A stretch of 57,739 bases of DNA from Guillardia theta CCMP2712 (lineage: Eukaryota; Protista; Cryptophyta): the NCBI RefSeq assembly GCF_000315625.1, contig NW_005434655.1, positions 109,807-167,545 of the forward strand, in the 5' to 3' direction. Numbering within the stretch: the stretch's first letter is position 1; the number at the start of each line of letters is the position of its first letter. Below the pieces are notes generated by a model. That model saw only the letters and a program-made list of their open reading frames with translations. It made no database searches and was not told the DNA's origin. The translations under genes and the position numbers were made by a program. Of the stretch, positions 46,782-57,739 are shown piece after piece.

Positions 46782-49226
46782 ATGTCAAGTGCATCGACAC
46801 CTGCCCGTCCGGACTCGGGGAACTTTGACGAAGATCCCAAGAATTCAGCTGTCTTGCAAGCGATAGAGGAGTGCAAGTCTGTGATCGGAGGCTTGCAGAA
46901 AGAGCTCGCTGAAGGATTCAAGCCCAAGGCCATCGACAGCGTGTCGGACGAAGCGCATGCGCACAAGGCGACATTGGGACTCGGCCTGTTGGGATGCAAC
47001 ATCGATGAGATGGTGATCGGAGGTCCAGCTCACTCTTGCGGCAAGTTGGCAAGAGGAGATGTCATCGAAGAAATCGATGGGGTGGCTGTAAACAACGACG
47101 ACATTACAACTCACCTGGTGGGAACCGATGAGCCGGGATCGGTTGTGACGCTCAAGGTCAAGAGAGGAGGCGAGGTGAAGGAGCTCGACTTTGATTTTGT
47201 GTAGACTGACATGCATCTCAAGGCCTCTGTAGAGATCACGTTGACGAGGATGGCCTCTGAGACCATCGCTGACAAACGACAGATCTTCGAGCTGTTCACT
47301 CAGATCAAGACCGGCCATCAGAAAGAGGACGAAAGGGCCAAGACCATGACCAAGATCATCGGTATGTTCCTTTGCTGACGGGTTTGACATGCTTCTTGAG
47401 TACCTGACCGGTCTGTTGTTAGATCTCTGGTCCAAGATGTCAGCATCGGAAAGTCAACATTTGAACGAGCTGAGCCAATATGCAAACAGGCTGCAAGAAA
47501 ATTCCTCGAGCAGGCTCGCGAGCCTCGAGAAGAATTTCGAAGTGATTCATGAGCAATACAGAAAGCGTGTGGAAGGCTTGTCTTTGCATATCGATGAGAT
47601 CCAGAAGGCGCTGGAGGGACAGCAGATGTCGAACAGCATTCTATCGAAGCAGAACGAGGAGCTGCTGAACCAGATAACGGATTCGAAGAGTACCCATTCG
47701 CAAGAGCAGGACAACCTGAAGAAGGAGCTGCAGTCGGAGATTCGGGAGAAGAGTTCGAGGATCGAAAGCTTGGAGTCGGAGCTCTCTTCGTTGAGAGAGA
47801 AGCTTGACACAGAGAAGGACCTCGCAACCAACGGCATGGTCGAGCTGGACTCCCTCAAGTCCAAGGTAGAAGCTCTAGAGCTCGAGCTGGGCGCTGCCAA
47901 GGAGCGAGAGAGCAGCCTGCTGGCTGAGAAGGAACAGTTGAGGACTCAAGTAGCTGAGAGGGATCAGGAGATTGAAATCTTCAAAGAGTCTGCAGGGCTT
48001 GATGCTCAGCTCGTGGAGCAGCTAGAGACCACGAAGAAGCAGCTCGCGGACGAGTGCAGGCGGACTGAAGAGTACAGCACCGACCTGGAGATCTTGAAAG
48101 ATCACATCGGGTCGATCACAGCTGAGTCGCAGGCGAAGCAGGACGAGCTGAACAAGAAGATCAACGAGCTCCTGGAGGTGATTGAATTCTCTCGGGAGGA
48201 GCATGAAAAGGAGGTGAAGAGGCTCAAGGAGGAGTTCGAGATGAACAACAGCGAAGTACATAACCTGGTGAACAAGAAGAACGTCCTCATGGACGAGACC
48301 CTGGAGCTGGAGAAGACCAACAAGATCGCGATGAAGGCCATCGAGAGGATGTATCGTTACGTTTGCGGGGAGAAAGCCACCATCATCATCGAAGGCAACA
48401 GGATGAGTCGCGAGCAGGCAAGGAGGTCGCAATCTCCGCGCCATCACAAGGCACAGCACAAGAACTGGGAGGACACAACGAGGCTCCAGGCGCCGAAGCC
48501 GGCCGTCATTGAGACAAAAGTGGAGCTGAAGTTGCCCAAGGTTGACCAGGAGTGGATGGCTGATAAGGAGGAGGCCTCCCAGGCCCTGGCTTCTCCTGCT
48601 CCCACGGACTTCCGCGCGCTTCCTTCCGTGGTGTCCTGGTTCCCTCCGCGAGTTATTCACTTGCACAAGTTCTCCTCGTTCCCTTCCGTGGTGACGTGGA
48701 ACTCGTTGAACCGTAACAGCTCTACAGAGCTTGGAGTTGCTCCCATCAAGGACAAGAACCTTCCCACCGAGGCCAAGGAGGATCGAGATAGAAAGAGACA
48801 GCAGGACCGACCAACTGTCGAGGTCAAAGACGTGGAGATCAAGGGTCTGGACAGTGACCCAGAGGCTCGGAAGGAGGAGGAGGACGGTGTGGCAGAATTG
48901 AATGCTTCCTTGGAGCAGCAGTCATCCAGGGATGACATAGACCTCATGGCGAACGAGACTTGTCTCAAGGCCAAGGTATGCAGCAAGTCTCCATGACATC
49001 CGATGTCATCCTCCTTTCATCCCTTGCGCTCTTCCAACACCCTTCCTTGCCTCCTCCTCTTCTTTTTCTATCTCTGTTCTGAACGTTTAGCTCACAGGAA
49101 ATGCGGGAGGCGCTCCTTCAGAACCAGTTCGAACTCTCTACGCTCAGAGATGAGTTGGCGAAGCTCAAATCGCCAGCAGCAGACACCAAGGAGCCAACCC
49201 TATGCAACTGCTTCGGAAGATTCTGA
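46782..49226 (+). CDS. PDZ domain + coiled-coil protein
   Basis: TLGLGLLGCNIDEMVIGGPAHSCGKLARGDVIEEIDGVAV...LVGTDEPGSVVTLKVKR is PDZ; long coiled coil; last exon EMREALLQNQFELSTLRDELAKLK...LCNCFGRF*. Confidence 0.75.
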
Positions 49227-49499
49227 GGAGGAGGAGGAGGGCAGTGGAAGGGGAAGGGAGGGATTGCTCCCCGTTAAGATACCCCTTGATGGAAATGAAT
49301 TCTTTCTTACATTCCTTCTGTATACACCAAGCTCCTGGTTTCTCCTCCCCTTTCGAAAAGTCACCTGGGACTTCCTCGCTTCTCCTTCCTGTCTCCGGCG
49401 TCGCCTTCCAACCCCCTCAAGTCCTCCTGCTAATCTACTTTCACCCTTTACAATCTCAAACTTGTCTCAACCTTCACTATCTTCCGCACTACTGCCCTA

Positions 49500-51679
49500 C
49501 TAACTAGCAAACACCTCTTGATCCTGCAGCGCACAGGATGTGAGGGGAGGGAGGGGAGGAACGAAAAGTCACCTTGGACTTGGGAATAACGCAGATGTAG
49601 AGGAAGGTATCAGCTCCTGCTAGTTGCTGGCAGAGCCAGAGGACAGGAGTCTGCAGAAGGAGCGCAAGTCAGACTTTCTCCAAATTGATTCGCTCTCCTT
49701 CTTGTGCCCCTGCCCCTTCAAGACCACTTCATCCCGTGTTTCCATGCCTCCTCGGCCTCCTCTCCTCTCTTTCCTCCTCTTGACCTGTAGCGGCGGCGAG
49801 ATCCCCTGCACAAGGACTGTCGGTCTCTGATCATCGCCAGCATCCTCTCCCTCTTCTTCTTGTGTCTTGGCAAACGACAGGCGAGTCGTCTAGGGAAGAG
49901 GCAGGTCAAGGAAACAGGTAGAGACACGATCAGCTCACCTCGAAGAGACCTGGAAGGATCTGTAGCAAAACATCATGCAAGGTTGTCAGATGACCATCAT
50001 CCTGCAAGCAAAGTCATCCTCCTCCTCCTCCTCCTCTTCCTCTTCTGAGATCTCCTCCTTCTCCTCCTCCTCGTCCTCCTCGTCCTCCTCGTCTTTTTCC
50101 CTCTTCTTCCCTTCCTCCTCCTCCTTGTTTTCAGTAGGCAACCTTGAAGGGAGTGAACGGCTGCTGGATTGGCGATGGCAAATGAGGAAGATAAATCTGC
50201 GACGAGAACTAAGCCTCGTGCTGCTGGTGCCAGAAGCAGAAGGATAATGACGACAAGAAAGCAGAAGAGGAGGAGGTGGTTGACATCGGAGGGGAGGGGA
50301 CAAAGAAAGGTGGAAAGAGGAGATGCAGGAGGCGGAAAAAGAAAGGACGATGAGGAGGAAGGAGATTGTTGTTGTTACCCGCAACGGAAGTCGTTTGATC
50401 TCCGTGAGGCCCGAGGGCCCCGGAGTTGAGAGTTTGAGAAGCTCGCTATTGACAGACGTGAAGCTGCAGAAAACATCAAGTCAGCAGGCGAAGCGGGAAA
50501 GGAAGGAAGCAGGAGGAAGAAGGGAAGGGGATGAGAAGCGGAGGAGGCGGGAAGGAAAAAGGAGGCTGGAAATGGAAGAAAGAGAAAGTAGAGGAGGGGG
50601 GGGTACTAAGAACAGGAATGTTGAATCACTTCAGGAGGAGGACGAGGTGCTTAAATGTTTGAGGGGGTAGGGAAGACGAGGATGGAAACCTCTCGAACTT
50701 GTTCTCTTGCAAGGAGCTCCACAGTTGCTCCATCTGTCAAACATGAGCGGAACACAAGCAGTAGCATCTGCTAACTTGCGCCACTGACAGATTGTTGACT
50801 CGTTTACAACTCCCATACCTCAAAGACGTTGCCTGCCATGCGGTCAAGATGGACGATGGGCTGTAGTACGATGAAATGGAGAGAGGAGCAGGGAAAGAGA
50901 AAGTGGAGCAATATAGTCAAGCGTGGTAGCTGCACTTGTCAGGCGGAGAGGCAACGTCAATGCAGCAGCAGGACGAGGTAGAGGAGCAGGAGCAGGAGCA
51001 GGAGCAGAAGGAGGTTAGCAGGGGCAGGGGCAGGGGCAGAAGGACCTGTTTCAAGGTTTGTCGGAAGTGTCTTCTCAAGGACACGTCTCCCTCGTAAGGC
51101 AACAAGCCTGCATCATAGGTCACACGATCATAGTCTCCCAACCGCCCGCACCCCTACCCTTCGTCTCCACCCCCGAGAAATGCAGCGTTAGATGCCAGGG
51201 CAAGTCCTGCTCTTCCATGAGGCGCAGAGGAGGAGAGGAGACCCAGCAGGAGCTCACCTCTCCATGAGCATGCAGGTCAAACAGCACCCCTGTCGGTAGA
51301 TGCCACTTGAGCGCGTTCCCCTTGTGCTCCAGCCACATCTCCCTGTAGAGCTCCAAGGGTCATCGCGCGTCACGCTGACCGCAGCGCTGCGAGGAAGGAA
51401 CCTGTCGTTGCAGCATACTGCTGGCACATAGTTCTGGAAGTAAGCTTTTGCTTGTCCCAGTACGAGGGGGAAGTACCCCATCCTTGGAGCCTGTTGCAGG
51501 GAGGGTCAGGGGAGGGGGGAGGAGGAATCAAGGAACAGGACCTGCACATAGAACGGCATCGGCGCCTCGAACGTGGAGACATCTTGACGTGCTAATTCGA
51601 CTCTGATCGGGATGCTTCCCTCCCACACCTCCTTCCTGACCACCTCGTCCTGGTGCGCAGGGTCAGCTCCCAAACCCAT
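49500..51679 (-). CDS. ATG5: Autophagy protein 5 (complete, about 10 exons)
   Basis: Collinear ATG5 motifs across exons: VVRKEVWEGSIPI, PRMGYFPL, MWLEHKGNALKWHLPTGVLFDL, LPWHLTLHF, FRQTLKQ, MEQLWSSLQENKFE, KRLPLR, IQQPFTP, DGHLTTLHDVL, VLVQGISPPLQ|TPVLWLCQQLAGADTFLYICV. Confidence 0.92.
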
Positions 51680-52228
51680 CGAAGTAGCTCCGAGGACAAG
51701 GACAGAGGGAGGAGGTTTCAAGGACGCAGAGAGGAAGGGAAGGAAGCGCTCGCAGCTTGCATCACAGCATATCTTACCAAAGGAAGCAGATGTTCAGCCT
51801 CCCGCCATGCCCCTCGGAGCCCCTCGCCCTCCCCCACCGCACGCTCCTCCTCCGCCATGTTGTTGACGGCTCGGAGGATATGAGGGAGATGATGGTCAGA
51901 GAGGAGATGAGGGTTTTGGTCAAAGTGGGGATGAGGGGAACACGGGAAGGGCGCGGACAGAGAGGAAGCGCGTGATGGGCAGGGAATGGGAAGGAAGAGC
52001 GCGAGGAGGAGGCGGGAAGAGGAGGCGGGAGAGTACGCGGCGGGGAGGGATGGTTGAGAGAGCGCGATGAGGCGCTAGGGAGTGTGTGTTCCTGATAGAA
52101 GCTTGCGCCAGAAGTACTGGTTGTGGAGGGTCGGCGGTTTCAAGGAGGGGCAAAGCAGGGGATCTTGAAGGAATAGGAGCGATCCGCTGGCATTGCAGAG
52201 AAGTTGATCACAGGAACAAAACCCTATC

Positions 52229-55200
52229 ATGCATCTCTATTCATTGACGCTTCAACGGCCATCTGCCATCACCTTCGCCGTCCGCGGAAACTTCACTGGG
52301 TGCGGCAATCATGAGATAGTCGTCGCTCATGGCAGGGCCATCGAGTTGTTGCAGGTGGATGAGCAGGGCAGGATTCTTTCGCTCTGCAACATGGAGTGTT
52401 TTGCGATCGTGAGAGCCATGGCTGCATCTCGACTGCCAGGATATGACAAGGACTGCGTCTTCCTAACGTCCGACTCAGGCAAGCTGGCCATAATCGAGTA
52501 CAACCATGTCATGAATCAGTTCGAGAGGGTCTACCTGGAGACTTATGGGAAGTCAGGATGTCGGAGGATGGTTCCTGGCCAGCATCTTGCAGCCGACATG
52601 TACGGGCGAGCGCTCGTGATCGGATCCCTCGAGAAGAACCTGATCGGTTTCCAAGTACAACTCGATGACGCGAATCAGGTGGTGCTTCCTCCCCCGATCA
52701 AGAGCTCGTCTCCTCAACGAGTCTTCGTACACATCACCTCCTTGGACAGGCGGGAAGAACTGCCTCCCATGTTCGCATCGATCGAGGTGGATTACGTTGA
52801 CAACCCCAACGATGAGTTCCAAGATCCGGTCGTGTCCAGCCGGAGGGTGTGCCTGTACGAGGTCGATATGGCCAACAACTCGTTGGAAGTGAGGTACAAC
52901 GACTTCATCGACAACTCTTCCAACCTGCTGATACCAGTCTACAACCACCTCTCCGGCTTGTTCGGGGTCCTGATCTGCGCCGAGAACAAGATAGCGCTCA
53001 AGTCCCCGGACGCGGAAGAAATCGTCCTCCTCATCCCGCGTCGGAGCATGCTTCCTCTGGAGCAGTCGGTCATAATCACAAGCTACGTGTTGATGGGGAT
53101 CCAGGACGACCTCTCGATCTTCATCGCGCAGAACGACATCGGCGACCTGTACAAGATCACTGTCTCGCTACGATGCACGCAGGACCATGTGCTGGGCATC
53201 GAGTACCTCGACACAGTCCCTGTTGCCCAGTCGATGATCATCGTGAGGGACCAGTACCTCCTGCTGTGCTCGGAGTTCGGGAATCACATCCTGTTCAGCT
53301 TCTCCGCGTCGGAGGTCGGCCAGGTAACCTCGACGATCGGGTTGACCAGCGTCCAGTTCGATGACGAGAACATTGACATCCCGAACTTCCTGCCGCACAA
53401 CCTGCAGTACTTCAGGGTTGTGGAAGAGATCGAGTCGTTGTCTCCTGTGCGTCCCTGTTTGTCTTGCTCTCGTTCGCTCTGCCTGACTCGTTCCCTCGCA
53501 GATCGTTGGGATGAAGGTGATGGACCTTTACTCCGAGGGTAACTTCCAAGTGTTCACACTGTGCGGAAAAGGCCCGAGGTCCTCCATCCGGGTTCTTCGG
53601 CATGGCCTCTCCGTCGTTGAGATGGCCATCTCGCAGCTCCCCACTGTCCCTGTGGCCGTCTGGACGCTAAAGGCGAACTCGACCGACCCGCACGATCGTT
53701 ACATCGTGGTGTCCCTTGCCCACAGCAGCGTTCAGACCCTCGTGCTGTCCATCGGAGAGACGGTGGAGGCGGTTGCGAACCATGGGCTGCTGCCGCATGC
53801 CAAGTCAATCTCGATCGCTACCATGGGAGACTGTATGATCCAGGTGCATACCAACGGGATCCAGGTGATGAAGGGAGGGAAGAACATCCCCAGCCCCTTC
53901 GCCAGCTCGAACCCTGTCATCCTGTCCGTCAACAACGAACAGCAGATGCTGGTGACGCAGACCGACGGAGTCACATCCTACCTAGAAATGGAGGGGACGG
54001 GGACTCTGAGGGAGAAGGGGAAGATCAACATCAATGCCCAGGAGGTCTGTGCGGTCGAGGTGACTCCGTTGTCGGCATCTCAGACGCTTGGCAAGTTTGC
54101 CATCATGGGCGCCTTCATGGACAATGCATGGTTCCTGTGTGTGGTGTCCCTTGACGCCTCCTCTTTCAGTTCTGTTGTGGGCAGGCAGGTACTTCAGGCG
54201 CGCCCTTCCTCCATCGCCCTCCTCCAGAGCTACTCGCGGAGTAGCAGGGAACCCGGGAGGAGCGTATTCTTCTTGTACGTGGGCCTCGAAAACGGCGTGC
54301 TCATGCGCATGAGCTTCAATGCCGAGACGGGAGAGATATCTCAGGAGTTTCGGACCCGTTCGTTGGGCTCCAACCCCGTCAAGCTGGTGAGAGTGAAGGT
54401 GCAAGAAAAAGAAGCCCTGCTGGCACTTTCCTCCCGCTCTTGGCTCGCCTACCACCACCAGGGCAAGCAGTGCCTTGATCCTCTCTCCTACGACATGCTC
54501 GACTTCGCATGGAACTTCAGCTCGCAGCAGTGCCCTGAAGGTTTCGTTTGCATCTCCCAAGGCTCCCTCAGGATCCTCAGCCTTGAACGAGTTGGAGAAA
54601 TCTTCAGTCAGGCAACTGCCAAGCTGGCACACACTCCGAGGCAGTGCGCTCCTATCAAGGGCACGACCATGATGATGGTGATCGAGTCGGATCACAACAC
54701 CGACGCGAACAAGGCGCTGCAAGACGGAGCCAATAAGGTTGACATGGAGGGCCAGGATGGAGAGGCCGACAAGCTTTCTTACGAGATGTTTGGAGTTCAG
54801 GTAATGCATGTCTGGGTACGGTCATGTGCTGACGGTTATTCTTGTTCAGCGGGCAGGCAACGGATGTTGGGCGTCCTCCCTCCGCGTCATCGACATGGAC
54901 AGTCTAGTGAGCAGGCAGATCATCAACTACAGCGACGACGAGGCAGCGTTGAGCTTGTGCTCGAGTGTTGGAGCCAACGGAGAACACCTGGTCCTGGTTG
55001 GAACGAGTGTGGGGCTGAGGATGGGCGAAAAGCATGCGTCCTCTGGCTTCGTGTACACCTACAGCGTCTCAGGCTCCCACCTCCACCTGGAGCACAAGAC
55101 GCCGATGGATGGGATTCCTAGGGCGATCTGCAACTACCAGGTGAGGACGAGGAAGGGAGGGGGGGGGGGGGGGGGGTAATAAGAGGGGAAGGGGAGGGAA

Positions 55201-56934
55201 GGGAAGGGGAAAGGGGAAAGGGAAGGGAGGAAGGGAAGGGAAGGGTAGTAGTAGGAAGGAAGGAGGNNNNNNNNNNNNNNNNNNNNNNNNNNNNNNNNNN
55301 NNNNNNNNNNNNNNNNNNNNNNNNNNNNNNNNNNNNNNNNNNNNNNNNNNNNNNNNNNNNNNNNNNTATTACCTAATTCAGTTCTTGTCCTGACGAATCC
55401 CCTTATAAACCAATATGCTAGCACTGGCCGCGTCTTTCCATGCGTCCATGCGACACATCTCATCGCCCTGCTGCTTCTCTTCTCCTTCTACATCTTCCCT
55501 TCAATGCTATCCTTCGCGCTCATCTCCTTCCGCTTTCTGCTACCATCCCTTCCTCACCTCTTTCGGGTGGTGGGGGGTACATGAAGGAGGGAGGAGGAGG
55601 AAGGGAAAACGGGAGAGAGAGGGGAGAATTGTGAAAAGGAGGAGAGGGAGAGAGGGAGAGAGGGAGAGAGGAGTTGGGGGAAAGAGAGGAGGGATGCCAA
55701 AGTTGAGAGCGAGAACTAGTAGACGATAGGGAGCGAGGGGGCGGGTGCGGCAGAGAAGGAATGTGTTGCGAGCTGACGATGGTGCAGGGGCGGGTGCTGG
55801 TGGGCGTGGGTTCTGCTCTCCGAATGTACGAGATTGGGAAGAAGAAGCTGCTAAGGAAGTGTGAAAGCAGAAAGTTCCCCAACCTGATCTGCTCCATCCA
55901 CACCCAAGGGGACAGGATCTTCGTGGGAGACTCGGCCGAGTCTTTCTCCCTCCTCCGCTTCAACAGCCTCAGCAACTCCTTCGAGCTCTTCGCCGAGGAC
56001 GCCAGGGCACGCTGGCTTACAGCCTCCTGCCCTCTTGACTTTGACACCGTTGCTGGGGCAGACAAGTTCGGCAACCTCTTCATCTGCAGGATCCCAGAGG
56101 AGGCAGCGTCGGAGCTGGAGGAGGAGGGGGAGGCCGTCCAGACCGACAGTGTGCTCCACAGGGGAGCCAAGCACAAGCTGGATGAGGTGGCGCACCAGTA
56201 CGTGGGGGAGGCTGTGCTCGGGCTTCAGAGGAGCGCGCTGGTTCAGGGAGGGACGGAGGCGGTGATCTACGGAACGATCCTGGGGGGCCTGGGAGCTCTG
56301 CAGCCGTTCGTTTCCAAGGAGGACGTTGACTTCTTCCTGCGGCTCGAGATGCTCCTGAGAGGAAACTTGGGGGTCCGGGAGAGCGTCAACGACAAGAGGT
56401 CGGGAATGCCTCCACCACCACCCCCTCCCCTCCCTCCCTCGTCTTACTGTCTTCCTCCGCCCCGGTGTTGACTTGCTTCAGCAGCTTTGACAACCCGAGT
56501 CTTTGTGGCAACGACCAGCTGGGCTTTCGCTCCTACTTCGCTCCCATGAGAGGAGTGGTAGACGGAGACCTCTGCGAGACGTTTCACACCCTCGACTCCG
56601 GCAGGCAGCACAAGGTCCTTCCCGCTACTCTCAGCTTACACTGGCCCTCTCCCTCCCCCTTCCCTCCCTCTCCCTCGGTCCGTTCCCTAGTCCTTCTCTT
56701 CCCTTTTCTCTTCCTGCCTCCTCCTTTCTCCCTTCCCTGCCCCTTCCCTACCTTCCCTCTCGTCCGCTTTCCCTCCCTACTTTCGCTCCTGGTCGCTTTT
56801 CTCACCTCCCTCCCCTTGTCATCCCGCCACTGCCCCCTCAGGCTCTGACGTGTCAGCAGGTGGCTGCAGAGTTGGGCAAGACTCCCGAGGAAGTAGCGAA
56901 GAAGATTGAAGACATGCGCACGAGACTTCTGTGA
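52229..56934 (+). CDS. SF3B3: Splicing factor 3B subunit 3 (SAP130/Rse1)-like, divergent
   Basis: MHLYSLTLQ, SDSGKL, ETYGKSGCRRMVPGQHLA, LCGKGPRSSIRVLRHGL, YEIGKKKLLRKCE, DFDTVAGADKFGN, FRSYFAPMRGVVDGDLCE and terminal EVAKKIEDMRTR. The gap at 55267-55366 lies in an intron. Confidence 0.92.
55267..55366. other. Assembly gap
   Basis: Run of N. Confidence 1.
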
Positions 56935-57079
56935 AGCTCCTTCCTTCTTCCTTCTTCCTCCTCCTCCTCCTCCTCCTCCTCCTCCTCCTCCCTGCCCCCT
57001 CCTCCCCCATTCCCCCCACGTCCGCCGCCTCGAGCATTTTAACGGAACCTAATCATTCAATGAAAGTGTACATCCCCAC

Positions 57080-57739
57080 CTACAGCCCCAGCATGGAGCT
57101 CATGGAGTTGGCATCCTCCTTCCTCTTGCTCTCGATCTCCTCGAGCTTGTCCTGCCCAGCAGCAAGTCAGCACTTCTTCAACAGAGCGCTGTACATCTCA
57201 CCCGGGCTGACTGCCTCCTCCTCCTCAGCAAACTCCCTTGCGTCCTGTTCTGCCTGTTCTCTAACTGCGCGCCGACACCGACGAGACCGCTGAGAGCTCC
57301 CGGGCTCCCTCCTAGCGAGTTCAAATCCTTGACGCCTCTTCTTCCATCCTCTCCTCCTTGGATTTCTTCTCCCCCTCCTCCCGTCTCCTTTCCTCCTCCT
57401 CGGTCACTGCCTTCTCCGGAGTCCTGACCAAAGTCTCCTCCTCCTCCTCCTCCTCCTCCTCCTCCTCCTCTGACTTTTGTCTCCTCGCCCTCTTCGTCCT
57501 CTGACCCACTTCTTTTGCCTTTCCTCCGCGCTTCCTCGCAGCTCCTGTACGTCCGTCAGCAACGTCTCGCATCCCCAACTCACCCACCTTGCTCCACCAG
57601 CAAGTCCTCCCACGACCTCTCCTTCTCATGCTGAGCCTCTCCTGCTCTCCCCTCCTCTTCCCCTCCCCAGCTCCCTCCACCTCCTGCTACTCCTGCTGCT
57701 GCTGCTGCTGCTCCTCCTCCTCCTCCACCAACCACCACA
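57080..57739 (-). CDS. 3' end of a hypothetical charged/coiled-coil protein (5' truncated)
   Basis: Exons ...ETLLTDVQELRGSAEERQKKW..., AEQDAREFAEEEAVSPGEMYSALLKK and DKLEEIESKRKEDANSMSSMLGL*. Confidence 0.4.

Noticed and set aside
49986-50384. ORF with an apparent signal peptide (MRVTTTISFLL...)
   Set aside because: Consists of ATG5 introns and an out-of-frame ATG5 exon.
1-57739. tRNA, rRNA or snRNA genes
   Set aside because: None recognised by eye; tRNAscan-SE and Infernal/Rfam would be needed to exclude them.

Overview
Eukaryotic, GC-rich, intron-dense nuclear DNA. Introns are short GT..AG with CTGAC branch points and often carry CT/GA microsatellites; there are three N gaps. The style suggests a cryptophyte such as Guillardia theta, but this is an inference. 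Conserved genes recognisable after splicing: 3' end of a Tex/SRBD1-like S1 protein, CLASP, a NOVA/BTR1-like triple-KH protein, ATG5 and a divergent SF3B3. Others encode PDZ/coiled-coil (x3), RWP-RK, TPR, ankyrin and Sushi-repeat proteins. Two accessory zones stand out. (i) 3.1-9.5 kb: an intron-poor, twice-frameshifted gene fusing a dynamin-like GTPase, an OTU-like domain and a BRCT-like tail, next to an RWP-RK gene bracketed by identical 36-bp direct repeats. (ii) 18.5-27.2 kb: four near-identical stand-alone CENP-B-type HTH genes interleaved with two Crypton (tyrosine-recombinase transposon)-like remnants and a MITE-like element. A palindromic core CTTT-GAGT-AAAG recurs seven times across both zones, usually in pairs. 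Lead hypothesis, unproven: these are recombination or binding sites of a Crypton/HTH-linked system that mobilises gene cassettes. Family calls come from motif recognition by eye; no searches were run.
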